Assembly: GCA_025201805.1 (NCBI GenBank)
Contig: MU619240.1
Span: 211,571-275,570 of the forward strand
Direction of reading: 5' to 3'
DNA from: Parasitella parasitica NRRL 2501
Taxonomy: Eukaryota > Fungi > Mucoromycota
DNA length: 64,000 nucleotides
Shown: piece by piece, positions 25,088-38,433 of the stretch
Numbering within the stretch: position 1 is the stretch's first letter
Layout of the letters: each line of letters opens with the position of its first letter
Program-made: the position numbers and the translations under genes
Notes under the pieces: generated by a model
Told to the model about the DNA's origin: nothing
What the model saw: only the letters and a program-made list of their open reading frames with translations
Database searches by the model: none

Positions 25088-26926
25088 TTACTGAGGACGA
25101 CCAGCGTCAAGGCCAGAAGTGTAAGCACCATTAGAATTGTTTTTATGAAAAGAAGGACGTCCATAATGATTACGGGCTGATGAGTTCATGTTCATGCTGC
25201 TATTATCAAGATAACGTTCTTGAGGATCATTCATTCTAGGAATTTGGGTTGATTGATGCCAATTAGAATTGTGTTTAATACCAAAATTTAGCTTGTTATT
25301 GTCGAAATCTGGCGGCGCATTGTCATAGATGCGAGGCGGAGGATGGTGGTGTTCCTAAATAAATTACTGTTAGTATACTATAGATGTGTACTTTTAATAT
25401 CCACTTACATTCTGAAAATAAGGACTAGGCATAGGGTTATGGTTAATGGGTACTGTATGAGTATACGGAGGCATGTTTGAAGCAGATGCAGACGCCATCA
25501 TTGGAGGATAGACTGAGAAAGGCGGGTATGGATATCCACTGTAGGGAGGAAATCCAAAATCACTGACAGGTGAGTTGGGCAAACTAGTATATCTTTGATT
25601 TGGAGATACATGATGGTCAATGGCATTTGATCTACTATTGCTGGCGATGGATGGGGGGACATTTGACCCAAACCTTTCTTCATTCGCAGAGGACATGCTT
25701 GTGGACAGTGAAGCAGCCATAGGTACAGGCGAAATATGTTCATTTGAGATGGAGGAATCAGTATCCATGTGCTTGAAACGAGTATGTGAATCAGTGTAGT
25801 GACCCGGGCTACGACCACGAACTACCAAAGGAGCTGAAACACATGTAGCCACACAGAAAGGCTCTTCTCTAGGGAAATTTGCATACAAATGCACTGCAAT
25901 CTCGTAATACTGCTGCGCAGCCCTCCTTTTCCCATTGTTAGCTGTTGCAGTTTTGAATTGCAGTCTTTCAAACGTGACAATGTTGTGATTTGAGCCCACA
26001 GAAGCCAAATGAAGATTTCCTCCAGCTCTAACAGGCTTTGGTTCTGGAATCATTTGAGGACCCTTATCTCTTTTGGGTGTATGTTGAACCAGTTCGATTT
26101 TTTTGTCATTGTTCATTACACGAGCACACACACCAATAGAAAAGTAATCAACTTGAAGCAATTCCTGTGAATCTGATGATTTCTTTAGCAAGCAAGGTAT
26201 TTCAGGTCCTTGGATCATGTAATTCATGCCGTGGATATCAAATGTTGAGCTAACTTGAAAGTAATTTCTGCGATAACAAGTCCAATCTTGATCTGCTCTG
26301 AAGAAACCTCGATCCATTTTGGCATGCAGTTGTACTTGATAACTATAAAAAAAAAAAACGTCAAAATATTTGTTGTGCTATATAACAGATTAATATATAC
26401 CTGTTTGATCGATCCATACTGTACAATTCACACAACTGATTTGTGCTGGTAAAAGAGGGCCCCATCTCAAAAGAAAATATAGATTCTGCTCGTCTTCTTC
26501 TCACCGTATTAGTACTGGGATAAGGATTCGAATGAAAGGTCGTAGTGGTAAAACTGGTATGCTTTAGTGGAATGGGTGGTCCTCTGCGGATTAAATCGGG
26601 TGAAATCGCTAATGAAGAAGATGACGAGTGAGGCGGTGTAGTCGCACTTGACTCTTCAGGGCGCGGAGTCTCTGGCTGCGAGATCGACATTAATCTACAA
26701 TGTTTCAGATTAATATAATAATTCATGACAAAAAGTAATGAGATCATGACAAGCGCTGCCATGACAACCAAACTGTTAAAGCATAAAACACAACTTACCC
26801 TTGTTGTAAGGGCGATGATACCGGCAAGACAGGCTGAGAAAAAGTCTCACTATTCGAAGAGAGTTCTGATTGAGACTGGTATGCCCCATTATATGATGAA
26901 TAGGGTAAAGTAACATAACTGGTCAT
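25088..26926 (-). CDS. NDT80/PhoG-family transcription factor, 4 exons
   Basis: MDRGFFRADQDWTCYRRNYFQV, IELVQHTPKRDKGP, VTFERLQFKTATANNGKRRAAQQYY, SAPLVVRGRSPGHY; last exon ends ...DAGRPQ-TAA at 25090-25088. Confidence 0.93.
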
Positions 26927-27605
26927 TGTATCTAAATGTTTAATCTTGAAATTGCTTTGCTTGTATATATATATCAAGAGTTGAAATGTAATGATGAAAA
27001 AGAAAGTAAAAAAAAAAAAAGAGATGTTCAGTAAAATAAGAAGAGAAAAAAGGATACCCAGGAATTTTTTTTTTGTCAATAATATACTGCCCTCAACTAA
27101 ATACATACACACACACAGACGCACTAAATTCTATCGTTGTTTTGGCTTCATACCGTCAAGACACATGACGAAATAACCCAAAATTTCTCTTCCTTTTCAC
27201 TTATTATATGCAGACAGAGTAAAGATATAATTAAAAGCTCGAAAAAGCGGATGCCTTACCGCAATGCATAATGCTCAAGTGTGTAAGTTGCATCAAATGA
27301 ATACAATAAAAGGGATCTATATAAACCTTAGTGTCGTCATTAAAACGTGCTAGTTTACAGGAATTGGCATGACTTTTGCCTTCCTGTCTCTCGCTCTCTT
27401 CCTGAGTAAATGTTTTTTCAGAACTTGAAGATGTATGATTTAACCAGATCTAGATAAACCAAATTTATTGCTTGATCTCATAAACGCATTGGGCTCCACA
27501 TAACTTTTGTATTATTATCCATTTTCATTCACTTTTGTCACCCCGAGGCAATATCAACGAAAAAACTAAAATCAAACAATACGGCACGTGAATGATTACT
27601 CAATT

Positions 27606-27644
<39 letters not shown>

Positions 27645-28608
27645 AAGTGCAGGTGTTTACTGTCAAGAGACTATAAAAGGTATTTCTTACACATTTTGGC
27701 GATTGGTCCAATCGCTAACCCAAGTATTGGCGTGGTAATACAATATAAATCTTGCTTGTACCATGATTTTCCCAGGAACTTTACCTATTTAAACTAATTT
27801 GCGCGCAATATGATGTATAAAATCCTTGTACTACTGAATTATATTCTGTATAAGGAATGTTTGTGGCTATGGAAAAAGGCAGCAACAGTATCAATTGAAA
27901 ATTTTGCACGTTGAGAATCATGATACATGACGAAGTAAGGCCCCGCATATAGATTTTGACAAGATGGAATAATATAAGTCTGGATTGCAACTTTTAAGGT
28001 ATAATAGCACGTTATTTGAAGGGTCGCTTTTATTGATCTGGCTGACGAGCATGCCGTATACGACAGAATAGCAATAGGCTGACGATAATTTCTCAATAAA
28101 TTGTAACTAATTAGCGTCAACGACGACATGTATTAAAGTGTTATGGCAATGAAAAACATTTTTTCATGTTATTTAGGTAGCTTGAACTTTCCAAATTGGT
28201 ATAAAAAATCTCGGCAGTTCTTTAAAAAAAAAAGATTCAATTCTGAGAAATCAAGGTGGTTTCACCTAAAAGCGCATAAATCAATTCAATCGGCGTCGAG
28301 TGCAAGGGATTATGCGATTTCTAGAAGTGACCCATACAGCATTCTTGTGGATATTATTCCCTCAAAAGTCTTCTTGCTGTTAAAAGTTGGAATCAAGTTA
28401 CAACAGTTGTCCAAGCGAATAATAAATTTGGGCTGTTTTTTTTGTTTCGTTTTCAATAAAAAGGGCATTTAATGATTAGATTTCTATTACAATTTTAGGG
28501 TTAGATTAAACGAAACTTGATCCTGTAGTGACATGTTGTTGCAAATGTTATATATAAAAAAAAAAATAGGTCCAAGATATTGATATATGTGATAGTATCT
28601 ATAAAACT

Positions 28609-31522
28609 CTAGGAACGAGGCACTCTCGTCCTGCGTTTCTTTGAAAAAAAATTTGCTTCATTGTCAATTGATTCAATCTTGTCAAGTCTTCTAACCATGT
28701 TCTTGGGTATAATCTGTTCCATTGCCAAGAGATCGATGTCACGGGCTTCTTCCTTCTTGAAAACAGACACTGGAACGTTCTCAATGTTTTCGATATCATT
28801 CAATTCTTCGTTATCTGATTCTTTCTCGATGTCAGCATTTCTTTTACCCTTATCCAAGTTGATTACAAATTCACTCTCATCATATGCTTCATCCTTAAAG
28901 TCGCATTTTTCTTTATCAAGTTCAGCTTCGATGATTTTATGGAAAAGTGCATTCTAGTATGAAAATATGAATAACCCTTTTGGAAAGAAAAGCTCTACTA
29001 GTAGAACCAACCTTTTTATCCAGAATATTGTCCATCAAACTCTCTTCAATAGTATCCTTGATGACGACTGTGTGGATATGTGTCTCTTTAAGTTGATTCA
29101 TACGATGAATACGGGCAACAGCTTGATCCATGGTAGCTACAAGCAGTCGTTTTCAATATCACACTTTGTGCTTACAGTTTAAACATTTTGACATTACCAG
29201 GATTCCACCATCTGTCAAGAATAATCATATGGTTTGCTCTTTGTAAATTCAAACCAGCGCCACCTGCTTTCAATGACATGATCATGATTCGGAATCTAGA
29301 ATCATGGTTAAAATTATGTAGAGCTGCTTTGCGAGCATAAATTGACATGGATCCATGATCTGTATCAGTGTACAAGTTAGTTTGTGCGCCATGGGAAATA
29401 TGCAGGAGTGGGAGACTCACAGGTAGTGAATGGAATCTTTGATGTTGTTAATAGCTCGGCAATCTTGGTGATGAAATCTACAAACTACTAATCGTGAGTG
29501 ACGATTGTAATCACAATGATGGGTATGCACATCTACCTGAGTCACTACTACAATTTTGTCTGTTGCATCTGCAGCAAGTAGTTCCTTCAAGAAAGGAATT
29601 AGCCATGTAGCTTTAGTTGAGTGCTTGATGAATTTCAGCTTTTGCAGCTCTGATGAATCAATAGGATCCTGCAAGTTTCCGTATTGATCGCTAAACCAAG
29701 ACACCATTAAAGTCAAATTTTTCAGGCACGATCTGTTAGCAACATACTAGTAACTTGCAATGATTTCCATGGCTTGCTCGTACTCTGTGGCTTCGTCCCA
29801 ATAATTTCTTTCTCTCGATGCGTCGCTTCCGCTCATTGCAGCAGCGAGTTCATCTTCAGCACCAGCGCCAACCATCGGGATTAAATCAGGAAACTTGTCC
29901 ATCAAAATCATGTGGTGGCCACACACCTGCTTCAATCTCAAGTAAAGAATAGCGGTGGATACAACTTGATGATTACGATCTCCCTTTTTCCTCATCAACG
30001 CAATTTGATGGTATAATAAACGTTCCAAGTATTCGTACAATGCCCTCTCTGGAGGGCTGAATTCCAGAGTGAAACGCTGTTCTTGTCTTGGTAATATGGT
30101 GAGCTTTGTGCGTAGAGAAGCTTTTGTACGTCGAATCATATGGCTCTTGAGTAGATCTGTCACATATTCTTCCTCAGCTTTGCGTTTGGGGTCCAATTCA
30201 ATGCCTAAAAATTCAAAAATAGGGTATAGTTCTGTGATATCGTTCTGGAAAGGCGTTCCTGAAAGGCACCATTTGAATTTCCCTCTGAGAGATATCACTG
30301 CATTGGCAAGCATGGTTCTTGCTCTTACTTTATGAGATTCGTCTACAGGGTTTCTGATTAGTTTCTCTAGGCCATTTCAAATGCTTTTAATTCAATTCAG
30401 GTACCCAGAACAATACGATGCCAATCAACATCAAACAGCGGTGATTCATTTTCAAAGCCCATTTCTCTTTTCTTGAACTCGCTTCTAACACGATCATACG
30501 TGGTAATAATGACACGAAAGCAGGGTTCTACCAAGCCGTGTTAATGGGATTACTCTATAGTGCTACAGTTGTTATCATACGTTCAATCATGCTAACGGTG
30601 TCTTCTTGATATATAAAGTAAGGTATACTTCCATAAGTTGTTTTACTACGAATTTCATCGGCCCATTGGTCTCCCAGCTATCAATGAAAAGAGAATTAGT
30701 GCTTCGTACACCACACTGAAAATAACTTACGGCTCTTGAGGGGACAATGACTAGTGTGCATGCATGAATGGCTTGAAGGGGCTGTCGACGTAAAACGACA
30801 GTTAATATTTGGATTGTCTAGGATGTGAGGTTAGTCCAGGCTGATGAATAAGCGCTTTTGTCTCGGAACTGTACCTTCCCTAGCCCCATCTAATGGAGAA
30901 AATTGGATTAATTGCACATTCGAAATTACTGTTGATCCACTTACATCGTCAGCAAGAATTCCTCCTCTTTGAGACTTTTCGAATTGGATCATTCTGCTGA
31001 CACCTTCAATTTGATGATCGCTAAGTTGCACATCGTGTCTGAGCGAAGCATGCACTACACTACTTGTTTAGAACTTCAACAACATTCACAGTCTTTTGTT
31101 TTCGTATTACCAGAGGCAAGGCTGATAGAGGGCAGTTCTTCTAGATCTTCCACGGTTGTAACAATGAGAACGTCCTTGTCTATTAACGTAGATGAGCACA
31201 TCCAGCCAAAGTTCATGTTATGCACGAGCTTACCTTTCAGCCAACTGTCCTCTTCAATGTGGTGGTATAGACCGCCAAGGTCAATATAGAAATAGTAGAC
31301 TACTCCTTTCGACCAATCTCCTGGAAATTCGTCGCACAGTCTCATGATAATCGACTGAAAGCTTTCGTTATTGTGAACATGAAACAGGCGTGATGGCGAA
31401 TGAGAATTATTTTTGACGGATATGCGAAAGCTACTCTCAAATTCACCTAGTCTGCATCTTGGACAGTTCCCAAATCCTATTCGATCAATTTTGGGTGCAA
31501 CGATCAATGCGTCTTCGTCCAT
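28609..31522 (-). CDS. SNF2-family DNA-dependent ATPase (Rad5/Rad16/Lodestar-like), intron-rich
   Basis: Spliced GGILADDMGLGKT, IITTYD, WHRIVLDESH, KWCLSGTPFQN, MIRRTK, YLRLKQVCGH, MSLKAGGAGLNLQRAN, DRWWNP, DQAVARIHRMNQ. Confidence 0.9.
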
Positions 31523-31922
31523 CTTTTGTGCGTTGATTTTATTTATTTATTTTTTTTTTTTTTTCAAGAAAAGAAAAAAAAAGAACCAAGCGTTTCGCGT
31601 TTTGTAAAACGCCTCACTGGGTTTATATTCACATTGCAGCAGTTGCAGGGATCAGATGAAGCTGGATGCATTATTACTGACTACCGTGTTTTGAAGGCTT
31701 TCCAACGAGCATCAATTGAAGGCTTTCTTTATATGGAATGATAAATAATGTTATTGTGTTAAAAGTGGCAATTGCTGACAGTTGCTTATTACATTAGATC
31801 ATTAGTTTGAATGTTCTGTCCTTTTGATATGAGCTTTGTGTGTGTGATGTGTTTATTTTCTATGATAGATAAATTAATGAAAATGATATTAAAAGTAAGG
31901 GGGGGGGGAGAGGGCGGAATGA

Positions 31923-34597
31923 TCATTGTGTTTTAATCAATAAGCCAAGCTCGTTGAGTATGGTATGATAGATGCGTCTAAATTTGTCATCTTCTTCTGC
32001 TTCAATTACTTTGATGCCTAGTCTGCCGCCCGCCCATCTTGCTTGGTATACCATGATTGTGAAATGGACTGTCTCGTCAGTTCTATCCAGACCCTCATCG
32101 TCCAATTCGAATTCCTGGTATCTGGCCCAATCACTCAATTCACATTTGAGGGTGAATGGCTCGTGTGGCGAAGGTATATATCGAATGCCCAGTTTGAGTA
32201 AAACTTGTTGCACATACTTGATCATATTCGCTGTATTTATTTTGAACAGATGGCGTCTGCTAAAGTTGAAGAGACTCTTGGGATGTGCACTCATCTTGGG
32301 CGTCTGTTGCTGCTGCTGCTGCTGCTGCTGGATTTCTCTCTGCTTTTGGATACCTGCAGATGGATCCCAACTCTGTTAATAGGTATACATCACTCAATAT
32401 ATGTGTATATGACACTTGCCCTCTTCGATGAATCTTCCGCCACTACTTCCACTGTAGTTTGAAGTAGGCGCTGAACTGGAAATGACGCGCAGGTCTTCCT
32501 CAGTGGCAGATGAAGTTGAAGACGACGAGGGTGACGTTCGCTTTTGGTACTGATATTGCTGCTGACGGTACCGTCTTTCAGTAAGGGAGTTGGATCGAAG
32601 TATGTTGATTGTTTTTTCTTTCAACGAGTACGTGGGCTCGGGAGCACTGATGTGAGCGGCAATACTGGAATGTGAGCGTGCCACGGTATTCTCATCCTGA
32701 GGCTGCTGCTGTTGCTGACGATGGTTGGGGAGCATTGCACCCAGACGCTTGGCAGCACTTTTACTTCGCTGCAAGATGTTTGCAGTTGATTTTACGCTGT
32801 TTGCTCGTTTAGGCGCCATGGAGCTGCTGTCCAACGTGGTGGCCGGAGCAGCCCAATCCTCGATTTTGTCATCTTTAAACATATTTCGGGCATGCGATGG
32901 TGGCACACGTTCCGTTTTACGACGCATCAAGTTACTATTACTGTCCACATGTCGAACAGACTTGGTCAGAGACGTGCTGGCAGATCTGCCAATCTGCACC
33001 GGAGACTGATAGCCTTCGCTCTCCAGTAAACGGCACTTTTCATCCAACTGTCTGCGTTCTTTGACGAGACAATAGATAGAAATGAGAGGGTCGTACATGG
33101 CTGGCAAGTGTTGCGGGTCGTCCTTTTTCATATGGTGCGCCGAGGGAGCTGTGCGTCTTATTGATAGCGTACGGCGCCACTTGTACGATGCGGATTCGTT
33201 TTGCTGATGGTCCTGCTGCTGTTGCTGGTCCTGCTGCTGTCTCTGCTGTTGGTGATTTTGATCCACCTGGGCTGCTGCATATTGGTATTCTGGAGAACAA
33301 ATAATATGCAATAGCTTTGTTTCAATTTCCTCTGGCGTGCCAAGCCCAAATCCCCTCATGCCTTGGATCACAGCGGGATCAACTGATGTCAATGGCTGTC
33401 TATGAGGTAAGTAATTGACAATCGGCTCGTCATAGCCTTTGTTCATCCAGGGGTGGTGAATGACAAAAGACAGCGTTCCTCGCTTTGTGGGATCAACGAC
33501 AAGAATCTTTGATAGTAAATCAACACAGTCTACGTCCAGCGTGCGTGCGTGCGTGCGTGCGTGTGTGAATATTTTGAACAATGTATGTAGGCTGTTTATT
33601 TACCTTTGCTCAAGTGATCTGGATATTCGGCATGACCCGCTTTGATTTTCTGATGCAGCGCGGGAAGGCTCGTGTCGTCAAAAGGGACTCTACCACATAC
33701 CAGCACATATAGGACCACCCCAAAGCTCCAAACATCCACCTCTGGGCCAGTGTAATTGCGGGCTTGCAGTAATTCAGGGGCGGCAAAATAGAGCGAGCCA
33801 CAGAATGTATTGAGCAGTCTGCTGGGCGAGTAGATGTTGGATAGTCCAAAGTCGATAATCTTGATTTCCTCGTGGTTCGTGATCAGAATGTTTTCGATTT
33901 TAAGGTCTCTATGCACAATTGAATTTCTGTGACAATAGTCTATTTGTTGCGTTAATGCGCTGTGCATGCGACCGTTTGTCTATTGTGTAAACATTACCTA
34001 ATGCGCTCACGATTTGTCTTGCGAATTTCCTTGCCAGCTTTTCCCTTAGTTTGCCGTGGCTGATAATGTAGTCCAGCAGCTGGCCTCCTTCAATGTACTC
34101 TAAAAACATGTAGTAGTGGTCACCCTGAACAACCCATTCCTTCAGCTGGCAAATGTTGGGGTGTCTCAGCAGGTGCATGATGGCCATTTCCCGTATGGTT
34201 CTCTGCTCTCTCTCTCTTGGTGTGTCCTTTGGATCTTTGCTCTTTGCCGCTTCGCTTGCTGTAATTGCATTCAAGTTTATCTTGGGCATGATTTTCACTG
34301 CATACTTGCAAGATGCTCAACCCGTTAGGATTGCCTGTGGATGTGCCTTTTTTTTTATGTGTTATTACATACCTGTTGGTGATCCCTGTCTGAGAGACAT
34401 TCAGCCAGCTTCACAGTGCCCATGCTACCAGAGCCCAATGTTTTTCTGTGAATGACATAATTCCCAATATGCTGAACATGATGTCTATGCGACTGTTGTT
34501 GCTGTTGATGGCTATAATGATGCTGGTGCTGCTGCTGTGGATGGCCATTGCGGCTGTCGTGTGTGGGCGCTTGAGAATCCATTGTAGCAGTAGTCAT
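31923..34597 (-). CDS. KIN1/KIN2 (MARK/PAR-1 family) Ser/Thr kinase with C-terminal KA1-like domain
   Basis: [75 protein letters not shown]; C-terminal domain in ORF 31923-32294. Confidence 0.92.
33540..33566. repeat. (GCGT)n microsatellite in kinase intron
   Basis: cgtgcgtgcgtgcgtgcgtgcgtgtgt seen directly. Confidence 0.8.
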
Positions 34598-35263
34598 TGC
34601 AATAGTGTTTTACAGGAAAAAGAAAAGAGAAAGAAAAAAGGAGCATAATGGAAAAATTAAAAAAAAATCACAAGAAAAAAAAGGGAGGGAGGACCACCCA
34701 TCCGTGTAACTCTTCAAAAAGGTTTAAATTTAGAATTTGAAAATTTTCACTCTTTGTTTGGGTCGCCATATCCTGGGACCTATTTATAAATTCAAAGAAT
34801 TAAATACGCCTGGTTGTGATGTATGAGCTCATCAAAATCCCGCAATCCTTATTAGCAAAGCCCCGGCTGTGAGATGTGTGGCAGCAAATGTCATTGGAGC
34901 CCATGCTGACAACACGATGTTGATAAAGGATGATGGCAATTGTCTTGAATTGCTTGCTTCAATTCGGAGTTTTCGATTCCAATCAACAATTTGCAATGGG
35001 GATCAGGCTCTCGGTAGTATTAGCAACCAAAGCTCGGCCATTTCGGATAAAGCATTAGACAGATGCCATCCGCTATCAAGTTGTAATGTTTTAAACATGG
35101 TTATATTGCTTTTATGCTGTTTTATAATACAAAAATAATGTTATATCCGAAACTAAAATACAGTAGAAGAGGAGGAGGAGGAGGATGAGACTGAGGCAAC
35201 TCATCAATTAGCAAGGCTTGTGTGTGCACTTTGCGTACACACCTACGTACGTAAACAATGCGC

Positions 35264-35936
35264 TCAACGGTTACTTTGAACCTCTTGCTCGTTTTTAACA
35301 ATAACGAGATGATAGTTTTGAAGCCTGTTATACTCAAGATGCCGTCTGACAAAAGTGCATGTTGGGATCACAAAAGTTCCAGACTCCTTTGCCCAGGTCA
35401 GACATTCTCTTACCAATCTGTCCCCCACGCCCTTGTGTCTGTGTTTAGGTGGGATTTCCTGCCATGAAGCATTTTGTGAGCAACTATGGATGAGCAGATC
35501 ATCAAACACTTACTGTATGATAAACTTCAATTACATTTTTGGTTCTAGTTGGAAGGTAGCAAATTGCCGCTATTTCATTGTTTAATCATTTAACCCCTGG
35601 TTTACCTGTTCTACCTTTTGAATCTAATTCTAATAAAAACATGCATTGCTCTTTATCATGGATAACATCATGATTTTTGCGAATGGCTCTGTTTATACTA
35701 TCGCTGCTGCTGCTAGCTAGCGGCTTGATGTTGTTTGAAAAAAAGAGTTTGGAAAATGGCATTGTATTTTTGAATCTCTGCGCAAAGCTGAACTGTGAAT
35801 ATAGCGGCAAAAACGGAAATGGAACTACTGCGCTGTGTGCTGTCGTTGCTGAACATTCTGCTTGCTGCTGGTGTTCATAGCCCTGATCTTCATCTAGTGA
35901 GTCTACTGTCAAGTCATGTTTGTCTTTTGTTGTCAT
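35264..35936 (-). CDS. NATD1/YjdJ-like small GNAT acetyltransferase, 3 exons
   Basis: Spliced HDKEQCMFLL...AAICYL...IEVYHTEIPPKHRHKGVGDRLVRECLTWAKESGTFVIPTCTFV, with the HTE-P-R-KG and PTC.F motifs. Confidence 0.85.
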
Positions 35937-36054
35937 TATTTTTCAATTTTGAAAAAAAATAAAGGGGAAAAAAAAGAGAGAGAGAGAGAAAAGAGAAGCA
36001 AAAATATACGGAAGGAAACACAAACAAACAGGCACTGTTTTTATTAGTAAGAAA

Positions 36055-38358
36055 TCATGAGCAGTGGCATGAAAACTTGCCAAAATAGTAGCAAATCCCC
36101 ATTAGTAGCGATATAAATGCAAACTGATGTGCAGTGAATGATAGCTCTTCACTGAATGCAATGACATGGCTGTTTCGACGACAATATAGGTTCTGACCAT
36201 ATTTTTGCTAAAAAAAAAAATTAGTGTAAATACGTTGTACCACAGTTATTTTATTTATATGTCCGTACCTTATCATTGGTTTCCTCTGTTTCGTCTTGCT
36301 CCAAGGCAGATGATGTCTCTGGAGCAGCATCCACCACCACAGCACAGCTCGTATGATCCGCTAGTTCATTTTTGGTAACATATTGGGGTTTAGCGTTCTT
36401 TTCCGCACAGACCTCAATGCCATTGCAAAAGAACTGCGGCTTACTTCCGGTAGTATGTTTTAGAATCACCAACTGGACCGTTTGCCCGTCCAGTTCCTCC
36501 TTTTCGGTATATATTCTTACGCCAACATTGGGTCGAACATCGACTCGAACATCCAGATTAGTCTCGACAGAGTAACCCAGAGGATACATGCTCTGATGAG
36601 CTCGCACATCTGTGCACCACATGGAACTAATCATGCTCTGTTTTTGCTGGTGCTGATGGCGGCGTGGAGAAGGCGCATGTTTGGCAATAAACCGAACCGT
36701 GTACTGATGTGTTTCAACCGCAAACTCTTCAAATGTGATTTTGCCTGCCACCCGACGGACGTAGGGAGGACATCCGTTTGAGACCAAATAAGCTTGAATG
36801 TTGCTCGCACATGCCTGTGTAGTCAGCAGACGCACAATAGCTGATGGCAGTGGTAAGTGTGTTGTGCCTGGTCTTCCCATGTTGATACGGGCAACAAATG
36901 TTACCTGTACGCCCATACATTTGCCATCTTTTGCAAGTGTTATTGGTTTCAGCGCCCACCCGTAAGCAAACAATGTACCCCTAACATGCTTTGTGTTTTC
37001 GGGGATCATCTCGTCTTCCACGCTGATCGAGCCAATGTAGACCGCTCCCGTTGCTGTGGCGCTTTCGATGCATGTTAACGCACAGAAATCTCGGCTTTGG
37101 ATAGGGAATAGGCTCTTCATTTGCGTGTATACCAGGTACTCTTTTTGCGAGAAGCGCTCTACTATTTCGCCTGCTTCAAAATTCTCGTCCCCTATTATAC
37201 AGTTAGTTGGCACGATTTTTTTTTTTTTTTTTACGCAGAACAGCCTGCTTGAAGATACTTGCATATTTTGCGTGTGCCAAAGCACTGAATGACTGAGCAG
37301 ATCTGTTCGGGCGTCCATGAGCCTGCAAACATAGTTTCGCTACGCATAACAGGCAGCGTACTGCCTTCAATTGCTTGTGTATAGAGCTGCGTGTCGTTCT
37401 TTTCGCCGATATGTTTCCAGTCTCGCAGGTCGCTATGCGCATAACTTTGCAACCTGTCGATGCACTGTTTACGCGCAGTTCTGTGACGGCTTGCCGGGTA
37501 CAGCCTGGTCCCTGCCACAGCCTTGGATGGAAATCGGGCTGCAGCCTCTTGGGTTGGTGATAATGGATGGTCAGTGGCAGCAGAAGCGTATGTTTGCTGT
37601 TGTGGATGAGGCGTATCTGTTGTCTCGGCGCTATAACTGACTGCGGAAGAGGAAGAAAATGCGGTGCTGGGCGAAGTTGATCGGGATGATTGCTCTAATT
37701 GATCTGCAAACGTGATTCGCTTCTGTTGTGCCTGAATATTGCTGTTTGTTTGTTGTGCTGATATGATGTTATTTGTTTGTTGTGTTGAGAGGGATGAAAT
37801 TCTAGGCGGCGGATTTGATAGTATGATGGTGTTGGAGGGTTTGTTGCTTATGTTTGAATCCAAGAGCGAGCAGCTACTGGTATAATTAAAAGAACCCAGC
37901 GTTGGCGATGTCTGCTCGTCAAAGAGATTGGGTGCTGAGGTTGCCGAGGGCCTTTTCAGAATGCTGCTATATACATGATAAAAACAACCACAAGAGTCAG
38001 CACCCTCCCATTCATCTAAATCTGGTCTACTATACTTACGTAGGCGGTGATATACATGATGCTGTCTGTAGCGACGAGCTGGCAGAAGCTGCATTTTTGT
38101 TGATGGTATTATTAGCAATGGGTATCGATTTCTTTAGTTGTTGTTGTTGCACAGCCTTCCTTTGTAAATAACTGTCAATCGAGGCAATGATTAGGGGTTT
38201 TCGTGCTAGTGACTTTTTTGTCAAGCCTGGGATCCATCCTTTGATGTTTTCCTGTGTCAAGTAGGTAACACGCGTGGATACAGGTAATGTGTCCAGCTGT
38301 GTAAGCACCCAGCCTTGCAACTATGGTGCATAAATTAATTAAAGCAAATAGAAAAATA

Positions 38359-38433
<75 letters not shown>

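Noticed and set aside
32355-32420. Third GC-AG intron in the KIN1-like gene (G|GCAAGT)
   Set aside because: A same-phase GT donor (GTAGTG) is available and the region is unconserved, so it cannot be decided from sequence.
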